Assembly (NCBI GenBank): GCA_964016885.1
Contig: OZ024745.1
Span: 81,902,001-81,966,000 of the forward strand
Origin: Eledone cirrhosa
Lineage: Eukaryota
DNA length: 64,000 nucleotides
Direction of reading: 5' to 3'
Part shown: piece by piece, positions 1-13,300 of the stretch
Position numbering within the stretch: the stretch's first letter is position 1
Layout of the letters: the number at the start of each line of letters is the position of its first letter
Notes under the pieces: generated by a model
Told to the model about the DNA's origin: nothing
Databases searched by the model: none
The model's input: only the letters and a program-made list of their open reading frames with translations
Made by a program: the position numbers and the translations under genes

Positions 1-3000
1 TATTTGATTTAATCAATGCTGATATCAATCTTACAGATCACATATTAGCTGAGCCGTTAGAACATTGATAGAATGCTTTGCGGTATTTGTTCCGGTTCTC
101 TGTACTCTGAGTTCAAATCCTGCTGAAGTCAACTTTGCTATTCATCCTTTCAGGGTCAAGAAGAAAAAAAAAATACTAACCAAGCACTAGGGTCGATTCT
201 TCCTTTGTATCTCTTTCTCATTTCTCCTCTCTCACTCTCTTTCCTTACTCTCACTCTCTCTCCTTCTCTGGAAGAAATCAGGTGTGCTCAGACCTGATAA
301 GGAGATGTGCTTCATCAGGTTTTAAGATGCCTAAGAAATACCATTTGGCACCCCTATGATTCCATCAGGAGTTACAGATTCATACATGCTTATATCAATT
401 TTGTGTATAACATTTCCAGGGAACCAGCTGATGTGTACAAACTCAGGTTGTAATTAAAATCTTATACCCTGGTGTATAACCATATCTTCTGGGTAGATCT
501 ATAAATATTCATCATCATCATCATCATATCTGTTTTTCCACAATTGCATTTGCCTGTATTATCTATTTCTATAAATATTTTCATGAGAATTGTTCTGTTG
601 AATTTTGCTATTTGTTGGTTATAAACAGAGCACCAGATTGGTGGCCAGATTTCATCACAAATTCTATTCTGATAGTTTCTTCCCTCAAATATCTCGCCAT
701 AGGAATTCTTTCCCACTTTACAATTTACAAAAATTCAAAAGCAACATCAATCACCATCTCCATGTTCTCTCTGTCTTGCCCTTCTCCCCCTCTCTGTAAC
801 CACTTATATTTTAGTGACTTTATCACCTTGCTTGCAGTGAGCAAAAAAATAATAAATAAAATGTTTGACTTAGAACAATGACTTTTCTGGAAATATTTTT
901 TATACAACCTCACCCCTAGCAACACCGTCGTCTACTAGATAAGTAGTTCTCACTTTTTTTTTTTTTTTTTGCTGGCCCATCACCCATCACCCACCTCCCA
1001 CTCCAACTTTTTGCTTTCATGTAATACAGATGGTAGCTGTAATTACACAAATGTGTAATTTATTTTAAGTTTAATTCTCACCACACCAAGAAAGCTGTCA
1101 AGTCTATACTGATGATCTCTGTGTGTTAATGCATGGGACACACCCTGGTATTAATAACATATTTGGTGATGGTGGTGGGGTCATCTGTGAATTTTAAGGA
1201 CCAAGCATTAAAAAAGAAAAACAAAACAAAATCAATGTTTAAATCTATTTGCATAATCAAATTTGACAACCTGTGTATTGTTATTTCTTTATCTCTAATT
1301 CACTGATGATAATGATGTACAAATGTTTTCTCTGTTCCCTTGAAATACAATGTCTGCCCTCCCTCCCTCCCTCCGAGGCAACAAGCCCCGTCCCCTGCCC
1401 CATTCCCATTAGAAAATGTACTGGATATCTGTTCTTAAATTACTGTGAAAGTCTTTATTATAGGCAGATAATTTTTCTCATTGACTGTCAGTTTTATCTT
1501 GGTTAAGTTCACTTGGAATTTCTTTCTAAACTGATTCATCAATAAGAACCAAGCCAGATGCGCACAAACAAACCAAAACAACACCTAGCTAGAATTCTTA
1601 TAAAGATATATGAATTATTACTGCAAAAATAAACAAAGGTGTGTGTAGTGTGTGTGGTCTACACTGATATATACATCTATCACCTTCATTACAATTTTTG
1701 CTCAACACACACACACACACACATTTCTGGAGTACCAAACTACTAAATAGTAATCTTTTCATAGCCGTTCCCCCTCTGCCCCTTCCTAAGCTAGTCTTGC
1801 TGCACTAATGTCCTTGGCTCATACATATACATAGATATAACAGAGTAGCAGCTATACTGTAGACATTAACCTAATGATCTCACTCATTTCATAGACCATT
1901 ACCTGATACCATTGCCCTATACAATGCTAAGAAATGATGTATGCCTGCATACACATACTCTCACACATACATACATGCATGCACACACACGCACCCTTAG
2001 TGCCTGTTTTTGTATTTTCCACACTATAATTAGATGTTAAGAACTGAGACAATTGCACCATAGCAACTTTCTGAGCTTCCTGTAACGAAATAATTCTAAC
2101 TTTTTTTGAGATAGGATATGTTCACTTTCATTACTTTGTGATTTGTTGGCTATTAATGTAACAATAGGTAATCATATCAGATTTTATACTACATTACGTT
2201 GTTTGCTTAAGAATGCTCCTCTTTATGAAATTCTTGGCTCCAATATATATATATATATAATCACACAGTTGAGATGATTTGCTATTTTGTAATGTGTGAA
2301 GATGCTAAAAAGTGAACTTCTTTGTCTCACCATAAACCATTTCCTTTGCACTACATCCAGACTATTTTCTGTTTAGTCTTTATTTTTGTTGTTTGCTTTG
2401 TAAAAAGTGTGTAGTAGTAGAAGCAGTTCTTACTATACACTGTCTTTTGTTACTTTGTTATTGGCTAAAATCCAGTGGCAAATATCAGTCTCACTTTTGA
2501 AGTTTTGAATAATATTGAATTTTTTGTATAACACTACATCCCTTTTTTTTATGCATCTGTGTGTGCAATTGCACACACACACATCAACATTATAGAGTGA
2601 AGGTGAGTGACCTAGTGGTTAGGGGGTTGAACATACCATCATAATGTTGTGGGTTTAATTCTTGGGCCAAATTATGTGTTGTGTTCTTGACCTAAACACT
2701 TCATTTAATCTTGAAGTGAGTACCAGCAAAAGGTGGGGGTTTAACACTGTGATGGATTGATGTCCTGTCCAGGGGGGAATTTTGTATTCTTAGTTGTGTA
2801 ATGTCAACGAAACGGATAAGCACCAGCCTAATGAGACTGTGGGGTTGAGACAGACTTTAGACTTTAGTAGTGGTGGACCCAGCTAGCTTACATTTCAGTA
2901 AAGGCCGATCTCTGATTGTCATTTTATATATTTTCCATATCTACTTCTGGCTACAGCAATCATCCTGTAAAGGATGGACACAACTAACTTGAAGCCAACA

Positions 3001-3430
3001 TATCTGCAGCACTCTACCTGATGCCACTGTTTATTGTTTATTGTTGGCATCACTTGATGTTTGTGTATTGAGAAAGTATTTTATACAGATTATTAGCTAA
3101 CTGAGTTTCCCTGTAGTGTTGCTGTGCTTATCTATTCTGTATTAAGACAGAATAATGCACAGTTCCATTACTGAGATGAAGTAATTTTGCTTTCTTATTT
3201 ATTTCTTTTATCTAAAACTGGTATTTATATTATGAATACAATTCAAACTTTGAAGATCTCCATTCTGATTTGCTGAGAAGCCTCGTAAGCAACATTAGAT
3301 ATATCCTTAAAATTGTTATGTATATCATGGGTTTCAAATATACAGTCTGCAAACTACTTTTCTATGGTCTGCAGCAGAACAATTTCATGATTAAGAATGT
3401 GGTAATGTTTCCCTCATGTATGTCTATAGT

Positions 3431-3492
<62 letters not shown>

Positions 3493-3808
3493 AAGTATTT
3501 CCGTCGGAAAGGTACAGGAAAAAAGAGTGCTCTATGTAGGCTACAGAGCTTATTAGTTATGTAATAAACAACATAAGATAATTATTTCATTTACCAGTGG
3601 TTTCTTGAAGGCAGATGTTATGTCTGTCTTCAGTCGTCAGAATGAATAAATAGCATGGTGTTTTTATTAAATATGGTTTTCAAATCCATATTTAATAAAA
3701 ACACCATGTTATTTATTCATTTTGACGACTGAAGACAGACATAACATCTGCCTTCAAGAAACTACTGGTAAATGAAATAATAATCTTATGTTGTTTATTA
3801 CATAACTA
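3493..3808. mobile_element. PLE-type pLTR foldback, family 1 (arms about 3554-3676 and 3686-3808), in (TA)n
   Basis: Near-perfect inverted repeat of about 120 bp. The tail 3493-3560 is the reverse complement of 55811-55878. Confidence 0.75.
3586..3646 (-). ncRNA. Type I hammerhead ribozyme motif with intact core
   Basis: Minus strand reads UUCAUU-CUGACGA-stem II (UGAAGACAGA/UCUGCCUUCA)-GAAA-CC ACU GG-UA^-AAUGAA. The + arm copy (3716-3776) has UUGACGA instead. Confidence 0.75.
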
Positions 3809-3809
3809 T

Positions 3810-4454
3810 ATATATGTAGAAGTTATTTAATTTGTTGGGATTCCAACAAACTTAAGTTTATAACTGATACTGGAGTAAATATTCAATATATTAATAAATG
3901 GAAACTATATTTATAAAACCATAATTATTTTAGTATATATATTTCAAGAACAACCAAGCAAATCTTGGTGCGCTTTCATCAGATAAAATACAAAATTTGT
4001 CTTATAAATAGTGACATAACCATGGAAAACAACCTTGACGGTTGAAAATTCGCTGACTATCCAGCGAATTTTCAACCGTCAAGGTTGTTTTCCATGGTTA
4101 TGTCACTATTTATAAGACAAATTTTGTATTTTATCTGATGAAAGCGCACCAAGATTTGCTTGGTTGTTCTTGAAATATATATACTAAAATAATTATGGTT
4201 TTATAAATATAGTTTCCATTTATTAATATATTGAATTATATATATATATAATTCAATATATTAATAAATGGAAACTATATTTATAAAACCATAATTATTT
4301 TAGTATATATATATATATAATTCAATATATTAATAAATGGAAACTATATTTATAAAACCATAATTATTTTAGTATATATATTTCAAGGACAACCAAGCAA
4401 ATCTTGGTGCGCTTTCATCAGATAAAATACAAAATTTGTTTTATAAATAGTGAC
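3810..4454. mobile_element. PLE-type pLTR foldback, family 2: 175-bp perfect palindrome (3881-4055 / 4062-4236) plus tandem partial copies, with three hammerhead-like motifs
   Basis: The arms match across the loop ACTATC. CTGATGA...GAAA-TATATATA motifs at 4127-4191 (+), 3926-3990 (-) and 4365-4429 (-). The first stem I pair is a U-C mismatch. Confidence 0.8.
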
Positions 4455-4805
4455 CTCTGGCATCACGCAGTAATACAGAGTACCCGACCTCCCATGGGTA
4501 CAAGCTGAAGCATATAGACACTATGCCCCCACACCCTCCCACTGCAAGGTGGTCGTGGAGGTGCCACGGCAAAAAAGCACCCAGCCCACACTGTAAAGTG
4601 GACGTGTAGGCGCCACAAAAAAGCACCCAGCACTCACTGTAAATGAGGTTGGTGTTAGGAAGGGCATCCAGCTGTAGAAATCAAGCCAAATCAGTTCCTG
4701 TATGAGCAAGGCATGATCAGCCGACCAGACACTGCCCACAACAGGACAACCCGTCTAACCCATGCTACCGTGGAAGAACGGACGTAAAACGGTGATGATG
4801 ATGAT
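4455..4805 (+). mobile_element. RTE LINE 3' end
   Basis: Reverse complement of about 60541-60900, ending cggacgtaaaacgg(tga)n. Confidence 0.85.
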
Positions 4806-5281
4806 ATATATATATATATGTGTGTGTGTGTATATGGGATTTTAAAGAAAATTTGAAACAGAAAATTTGTCCCCTTACATTTTTGTACTGATTCACATAT
4901 CCCACTTAGTATCATATGTGTATTCATTTTGATGGGCAAAAAACTAAATAGCAGCTTATCAACTGTTTTGTATTATAACTGATGTAAAGAAAGCCACCAC
5001 ACCACTCCATTTTGGTCTGTTGTCTTTCCTACATAATGGCCCTTTGAGTCCATGAATTTCACATTCCTGATTTATGAAATTAAATGTTAGTGATGCTTTG
5101 AAGCAAATATTACATCACCACTTTTAACTTTAGTATTTCTATTACTCCCATTCTGTTGCAAGCATGCATTTTAAGGTCTCTGGTATAAGGATCTTAAAAC
5201 TACCAGTTCCAGCGACATTGCAAAACAGGCATGAAGCTTGCCATTCTTCTGCTGACAAAACCGTTTAATAAATAAATAAAT

Positions 5282-6190
5282 AAATAATTGTTTCTACTTT
5301 TGGCACAAGGCCAGCATTAACCAGTGTATTACTGGTACTTTATTTTATCGACCCCGTAAGGATGAAAGGCAAAGTTAACCTCGGCGGGATTTGAACTAAG
5401 ACCGTAAAGGGACGTAACTCAATGCTTCAAAGCATGGTGTCCGACTCTACCGATACTGCCAATCCAATAAATAAAATAATAAAACCTAAATAGATATTAT
5501 ATTCCTGTTGTGATTTAAAGCAAGTTTATTGTTACTATTAAACCAGAGGGCGGTAGATTGATAGTATTGGTAAAGTGCCTGACATGCTCATTCTGAATTC
5601 AAATCCTGCCAATGTTAGCTTTGCCTTTCATCCTTACAGGATCCATAGAATAAAGTACCAGTAATGCACTGGGGTTGATTTAGCCAACTTTCCCCCTTTT
5701 GTGCTTAAGTCGGAATCCATTATTAAACTAGAGTAGGGCAGTAGATTGGCAGAATTGTTAGTGTTGGACAAATAGGTAACAGTATTTTTCTGGCTCTTTA
5801 TCTTCTGGGTTCAATTCTTGCTGAGATCAACTTTACCTTTCATCCTTCCTGGAGTTGATACATGCACACACATATACATTCATGTTGATAAAATAGAATA
5901 CCAGTAAAATACTGAGGTTGGTATAATCAACTTTCCCCTTCCCTAAAATTGATGGCCTTGTGCTTTAATTAGAAATCCTTATCAAACCAGTTGGTGGTGG
6001 ATTAGCAGTATAGTTAGATGATCAGACAACTCCGGCATTTAGTTATAGCCTTTTATACTCTATCTTTGAATCTTGTCGAGGTCAGCTTTGCTTTTCATCC
6101 TTACAAAGCTGATAAAGCACCAGTAACACTTCAGTCTCGATTTAATCGACTTTCTCCTTCCTTTCAAATTGCTAGTCTTGTACCAAATAT
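5282..6190. mobile_element. Cluster of four SINE copies (one minus, three plus)
   Basis: The SINE core recurs at about 5282-5467 (-), 5547-5720, 5737-5980 and 5990-6190 (+). Confidence 0.75.
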
Positions 6191-9111
6191 AAATAACAAT
6201 TATTTATTTATTTATTTTGATTATGAAATAAATCCAATGTTGTTCATTCTAGTAAATGCTTTCTATCTAGAAACTGATGAGCTTTATGATTCAGAAATTG
6301 GTTTAAAACATGTAAACAATTCAGTGACTACATGCCTCACATCACTTTATAAATGTAACTTTTGTTTCACTATTTATATCATTTTCTAAATTTACTTATG
6401 ATACATTCTCTCTTCTATCAATCCCCTCTCCTCTCTTTTTCTGTTTTTTTTTTATTTTTTATAACATTAAATAATCAGCTTTATAGTAGAAATGGGTAAA
6501 ATAAATCTGGTGGGGTGGAAAGCAACAGTTGTTAATCAGTGGATTTATCAGTAAAGAAATGTTAATGCATTTGTTAAATTAAAATTATCCATCTGATGAT
6601 GTTGATCACTACCACCATCACCATCGCTTACATATTACTTTGAACTTTAATTAGGCTTGACCATCGCATCTTCAATTTCTTTTGTCACATTACCCTCATA
6701 TTCTCTCTTGTTATTTCAGGATTCATTAACCCTTTTATTCATATATTTCTAATGGAAGATGCTGTTTATGGTTTTCAAACAATAATAATAAAAAAGAATT
6801 TTTTGAGGATTTAATAATGTAACTAATATTCTCAGTATTAAGTTGTTAGTTGGTTTTTAGATGAATTTAAACTCTTTAAAAACAAACAGTTCACTATCGT
6901 TAACTAGGGACCGTTTCAGAATATTTACTATCAAAAGGGTAAATAATAATTGTTTCTACTTTTGGCACAAGGCCAATAATTATCACAGTACATTACTGGT
7001 ACTTTATTTTATCGACCCCGTAAGGATGAAAGGCAAAGTTAACCTCGGCGGGATTTGAACAAAAGGGTAAATAATAATTAGAGCTACCTTTAAAATTTTT
7101 CTTTGAAAGAAACTAAACATATTCTTATCAAATATACATGGAGAGGTCACTTTGCAAAGTTTTCAATTCATTTACTTAAAAAAGCAAGGACTAGGAGCAT
7201 AGCGAAATGAATTTGTACCTTTTCATATATTCATGCAGGAGATATTGATGTACGTAGGTCATCGTCATCATTTAATGTCCGTTCCTATTAGAAAGAAAAA
7301 TATATGATGGAAGATATGCAGACCCTATATTGTGATTTCAGACTTTATTAAGGCTACTATCGATTAACAGCAACAAAACTGTAATGGTATACACTTTGGT
7401 ATTCTATATTCGTTTGAAAGTAGATAAACCCCAAAGCAAATTTCATAAAATTGGTTTTTAATAAATTTTATAGTAATTTCTATATAGAGAAAAGAAAAAA
7501 AAAATCATTACAGGATTCAATGTAAAAGTAAATATTCTTTGTTTGGATTTTATCCCAGAAATCTCATTCATAGCCAGACAAAATACATTTGCATTAATTC
7601 ATCATCTGTGTGTTGGTTTCTGTAATTTTTGATGGATCAAATATAGATTATGTAGATGTGCTTCCATACAAAGAAACTATGATGTACATTTTTATTTTAT
7701 GGATTGATACAGTAATGGAGTTAATTAATTAATGATCTATTTAATTCAGCAACAGTATGTTTTAGTTAGGATTAGTTATTTAACTGAGATAGATACCATT
7801 CTTTTGTACAGGTGATCTCCCAGAGATGTTTTACAAATATTGCTGACCTCTTTCTAAAGCTATTTTAAAATATTTGTTTTAATAGAATTTTAAGGAACTA
7901 GATAGCATTTTAGTGACCATAACACATTTCTAACAATAAAAGGTAACTTGACTTGGGGATTTTGATAAAGAAACAGATTTCTCATTTCACATTCCTCTTT
8001 GGCATCACTAAAAAAAACCCTCAATTAATGAAATACTGGCCTTGTATATCACATAATAGTTAAGTTAAACTTGTATAAACCTGGCTCTACATTAAATAAT
8101 TGATGGTAACCCATAACCTTAGCTAACCAGGTCCCAATCTTTCAGCATGTTACTAGTAGTAAATTTATCTCTTTATGCATACTATTAAAGATCTGTATTT
8201 TTTCCTTTAGTCCTCTCATGTTAACATTCATCAAACTTCGTTCTGTGTTATATTAGACACCTCATTGTAACTGATTATATGTTTGAAACTGAGGTTCTGT
8301 TATTAGTGAATTGATATTGTGATATTATAGTATTGTCCTATAGCTATTCAGCAAATATATTTATATGTCCATTGTTATCTCACATACATTCACAGTTTAT
8401 AACTTGAGTCATTTATTTCGTAGTCTTCTTTAAACCCTTTATTACTAATAAAGAAATCATTTACTTTGTAGCCTTCTTTCAAATGTACTTTCATTTTCAG
8501 CATACAGTAGTGCATGTTAATACCAATTAGCAATAGTTTGCAACTGAAGTCAATTATTATTAACAAATCATATTAAGTATTAATGAAAATAGTGCAGAAG
8601 TATTTCAGACAATTGAATTTTATATCTTCAATAATAAAGCAGTGTGCGTCCCTCTGTGTGTGTGTGTGTGTATTTTCATGCAAAGTGCTCAATGCACACC
8701 TGTGTTAGAAATGTGTAAGCTTTGTCATCATTATGTTTTGGTAAACTAGATTATTTCCTCACACCTAAATGTTTCTTAGGATTCATATCAGTCACTTTTA
8801 ATCATCAATCAGTTTGACATATTTCAGATTGATTGATGAATATTGATCAATATGGTTGACTAGTCCACCACACAAAACATTTAGAAGCGAGGAAAATAAT
8901 CTTGTTTACTAACACAATTGATACATTAAAAAAAAAATGTCGGTCTGTATATTGAATTGTGCATACAATTGTCTAATTCCTCACTGTTTTCTTTGACTTA
9001 TGTTTACATGTCATTGCAATGTTCACTTCATTAATTTATGTTTTGCAACTTCAGTCATTCATGTATTGTTATTACAAATAATGTTATGTTAAACATTTGC
9101 ACTGTTTTCAG

Positions 9112-9270
9112 AGCCTTAACAGTCGAACAAATAGTGGCAGTAGTAGCCGGTGTGTCTCAACATCCGACATCCCTCCGTCCACCACAGACCGTCACAGTCG
9201 CTCTGATCGGCCAAGTTCTTATGTTGGTTTGAGTAAATCAGCACCTTCATTAGAATTAGATTATAAAAAA
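9112..9270 (+). CDS. PPP1R12A: MYPT/PPP1R12-family internal exon A (Ser-rich linker ending LELDYKK), 159 nt, phase 0/0
   Basis: Acceptor ttttcag|agc and donor aaa|gtaagt. Open frame SLNSRTNSGSSSRC...APSLELDYKK. DYKK joins LYE of the next exon, giving the MYPT coiled-coil start DY/FKKLYE. Confidence 0.85.
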
Positions 9271-9935
9271 GTAAGTATAGTTTGACATTTGCCATTATAT
9301 ATTGCTTGAAGGTGCCCGGCCTAATGGATAGGATGCTTGATGTATGATCATAATGTCATCAGTTCGATTCGTGCATTGTGTTCTTGAGCAAAAACTTTAT
9401 TTCACATTGCTCCATAATATAAGCTACTAGTCTTTACATACCAAACTGTTGCTGATCTCTTCAAGTTTGTTTAGGTAAATGTTACTGTTTATGGTGACAA
9501 AGAAAAATCACAAACACTAATATGAAACATTGAAATCCAAACACAGAACTGCTATGAATAATAATAACGTTAGAAAATCAGGTAAAATAGGAACAGAGAA
9601 AGTAGGCCAGCAGTCACTACAGCCAATTTTCTAATGCTATTATCAATGTTTCAAATTTCAAATCGTCCAAATGCCTCAGTAGATCATAAAATTGGCATTG
9701 AATGCTATCTCTTGTGAAGAGAACTGATTTGGTTTGTGAAAAGCTGTCCAACTTTTACTAGCAGAGTAAGTGAACATTATATGATACTGACGATGATAGG
9801 AATATTTAAAAAAATAATTTGTAAAGAAAAAAAAGTGTTTGTGTGTGCACATGAGTACATACATTTGCACATTTTCTATTAATTCTAATCATTTTGGTAT
9901 CATGTTTAACATCTCGTGTTTCATTTTATGAACAG

Positions 9936-10082
9936 CTTTATGAAAATGAAAAAGAAGACTCAAACAGGTTAAAGAAAGAGCTTGAACAAAACAAACGGGA
10001 ACTTTCGGAGTTGAAATTAGAACTGGAAAAGTTTCGAAGAATACATGAAGGTATTTCAATTGAATCAAACCAACAGAAAAGG
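9936..10082 (+). CDS. PPP1R12A: MYPT/PPP1R12-family exon B, C-terminal coiled coil, 147 nt, phase 0/0
   Basis: aacag|ctt...agg|gtaagt. LYENEKEDSNRLKKELEQNKRELSELKLELEKFRRIHEGISIESNQQKR resembles the MYPT1 segment LYE...LTDLKLQLEK...EKR. Confidence 0.9.
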
Positions 10083-10479
10083 GTAAGTAATTTATTGTAT
10101 TGTAATGAATATTATTCCATTTACTGTAAACACTTTCCCTGAAAATTCTCTTTATGTATTCAAACTATCTGCATGATCTCTTTGTAAACGTACTTTATCC
10201 TAAAAAATGATGTTTACTTTGTCTCGAGTTATAAACAAACTGCTATGTGTCCATAACTAGAGTTAACTTAGTTGGAGGATATCAGTCATGGTCAAGCTTG
10301 TAGAGGAATGATCTCTATGACAATGTAGTTGCATGAAATACACAGTGTAAAGTGCCCCTATGACACTGAGAGGAAATGTCAGATAGACAGACATATTTTT
10401 TTTTTGTTTTGTCTGACTTAGTTTTGTTAGTCATTCTATTTTCCTATTGTTGCAATAGGCATTAATAAAAAGGTAAATA

Positions 10480-10900
10480 ATAGGATCTTCCAAGCCAGTG
10501 CTGCCTACAGCAAGCTGCAAGAATGTGTGTGGGAATCCCAGGGAATCGGCTTCATCACCAAGCTAAAGGTCTACCATGTAGTTGTTCTGATAACCTTCTT
10601 ACATACCTACAAGGCTTGGATAGTATAGAGACCAACAGGACATCTCAACCACTTTCATTTGAGATGTCTCTTCGACATCTACTGGCAGGACTGTCTCTGT
10701 TACTGAGGTGCTTCAGAAAGCCAGCACTTCAAGTCTGTCCACTTTAGCAGAAGACTCAGGTGAGATGAGCTGGGATACATGTCAGTTCACCACACCCCAG
10801 AGCAGCTCTTCACTTGTGAAATTTATCAAAGAAAGTGTGTTGTGAGGCAAGTGAAAATATTCAAGGACTGCCCTTAAAAGACCTCGATATTGTGGGTGAC
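10480..10900 (+). mobile_element. Degraded RTE/BovB-like LINE fragment
   Basis: Remnants resembling RI.KASAA...L...VW...GI...TKLKVY and TLLY..E.W, with many disruptions. Confidence 0.5.
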
Positions 10901-12412
10901 CTCTGAAATTTCCTAGAATGATTCACAAGAGGTGCCCCAAAATCTGGAAGCAATAGAACTGCTGCTATTGAGTAGAAGCTATCAGTACCCCATGTTATGC
11001 ACTATCTCATGCATGCTCTACATACATATTAGGATTCCTAGTCTTGACACTGCATCAGCCACCACCAGACTAGACCAATCATACATGTCAATCCTGAGGC
11101 TTGGTAATCTTTGATAATTGTTTCTACTTTTGGCACAAGGCCAGCAATTACCTAGTGTATTACTGGTACTTTATTTTATCGACCCCGTAAGGATGAAAGG
11201 CAAAGTTAACCTCGGCGAAGGACAAACAGTTAACTAACTACATACTTGCTGTTACTTTTTGAGAAAATAACAGTAATTGGTTGTCTTGAAAGCCACTAAA
11301 ATGCAGATTGGGTTGTCTGAAGAAAGAGGTGATGGGTTAGGTTGTAGGTAAAGAAAGAGGTGAGGTTGAGTGGAGCAGATGCAAGAACAAGAATCAGAGA
11401 TAATGTTCATCATCACCGTTTTGCGTCTATTCTTCCACTATAGCATGGGTTAGACGGGTTGTCCTGTTGTGGCCAATGCCAGGTCAGGTGACCATGTCTT
11501 GCTCATACCAAACTGATTTTGGCTTGATTTCTACAGCTGGATGCCCTTTCTAACACCAACCTCATTTACAGTGTGGAAATATTTATTAATCCCAATATAT
11601 TTTGGATGTAATGGAAACCACAGAGAATGTCTGTCTGAGAAGACCTTTCTATGCTGTTATATGGCTAGTGTTGCAGTTGTAATTGTTTTTCAGAGCTTGT
11701 GCTGGATTTATTTAATTGGTATAAATGGTAGTTACCTTAGATTATTTGGTTTTGCCTCTTTACATTCTAAGTTCAAATTCAACAGTAAGTTAATTTTGCA
11801 GTGACCCTCCAGGACTATTAAAATAAATCCTAGTAATATACTGGAGGCACATTGGCTTAGTGGTTAGAGCATTGGCCTTGCAATCGAAAGGTTGCGAGTT
11901 CAATTCTCAGATCGAGTGATGTTGTTTCCTTGAGCAAGACACTTTATTGCTCCAGTTTACTCAGCTGTAGAAATGAGATGATAGGGACTGGGGTCCCTAT
12001 CATTCCACTGCAAAGTGGTCGTGGAGGTGCCACGGAAAAAAAGCACCCAGCACTCACTGTAAATGAGGTTGGTGTTAGGAAGGGCATCCAGCTGTAGAAA
12101 TCAAGCCAGAATCAGTTCCCGTCCCACCCTTGCAAGCAGGTAAAAGCGGACGTAAAATGATGATGATGATGATACTGATGTCACTTTATTATAACTTTCA
12201 TAGAGAAAATTCACTTTGTTTAAACAAAAAACAACAACAGTATTTTAGTATTTACTTTTTCTAAATAATTCCCAATTTCCAACATGTATACATACAGTAT
12301 CCATTTTACAGAATGAATAGAAAACTTCAGAAAAATATCTAATTTCTTAATTATTTGTTTATCTTCCATTCACTGTCTTCAATATTTAGTATTTACTTTA
12401 CTTTGTTGACAG

Positions 12413-12463
12413 GAAAAACGGGCTTTGGAGAGGAAATTGTCTGAACTTGAGTCTACAGTTTCC
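12413..12463 (+). CDS. PPP1R12A: MYPT/PPP1R12-family exon C, 51 nt, phase 0/0
   Basis: ttgacag|gaa...tcc|gtaagt. EKRALERKLSELESTVS matches the MYPT motif ERRALERRISEMEEE. Confidence 0.9.
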
Positions 12464-12959
12464 GTAAGTAGAAATAACATATTTTGTTTTGTAATTCAAT
12501 ATGATGTTCATGAAATTGAACAAACAATTACCTAATTTGTTACGATGTTCATAATGTTGAAAAACAATTAGCTAATTTGTTTGTAATGTTGAAAAAACAA
12601 TTAACTCATATTTGGGGAGGGTCATGTCCTAATATTGAAAAAATAGTAAAATTCAGTTTAGTTTTGTTTTCACTTCAGTATATATTTCTATTTCTATAAA
12701 TAATCTAGCTGGCAATCAAATATATATATATATATTTATGTTTTTAGCTGTTAGTCAGTCAATGATAAACATTGATTGCCAGCTAAATTATTTATAGAAA
12801 TATAAAAATATACTGAAGCGAAAACCAAACCAAACAGTGAGTGTGTTTTACTATTTTTTTTTGGCAATATTAGGACAACACAACACTACCCAAATATAAC
12901 ACTATCTAACTCAGCACACAATTTCATATGAAAAGCCTTGCAAAACAAATACATCGCCA

Positions 12960-13300
12960 AATTAGCTAATAAGTTTTTATGATGCCATAATGCTGTAAAA
13001 ACAGTTGGCTAATAATTTGTTCTGACGTCCATAATGTTGAACAAAAAATTAGCTAATAATTTATGAAAACAATTAGCTAATAATTTCTTTTGGAAACAAT
13101 TAGCTAATGATTTGTTATGGAAACAACTAGCTAATAATTTTGTTATGGAAACAACTAGCTAATAATTTCTTAGCTAATCATTTTTTATGAAAACAATTAG
13201 CTAATAATTTGTTTTGATGCCCATAATGCTGTAAAAACAATTAACTGATAATTTGTTTTGATATCCATAATGTTGAAAAAAACAATTGGCTAACTTGTTA
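12960..13300 (+). repeat. Degenerate tandem repeat built on AAACAATTAGCTAATAATTTGTT (also 12520-12605)
   Basis: About ten imperfect copies visible. Confidence 0.75.

Noticed and set aside
1100-1160. Hammerhead at CTGATGA near 1109
   Set aside because: A stem II-like hairpin exists, but there is no GAAA and no convincing stem I.
4441-4939. Repeated small ORFs (also 52659-52909 and 60615-60947) as a gene family
   Set aside because: They are antisense translations of the RTE 3' UTR.
7800-7870. Additional upstream MYPT exon at TTGTACAG|GTGATC
   Set aside because: No donor and no MYPT-like translation. No exon upstream of 9112 could be supported.
11842-11920. tRNA gene
   Set aside because: A and B boxes are present but there is no full cloverleaf. 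The sequence continues into a SINE body and is repeated elsewhere.
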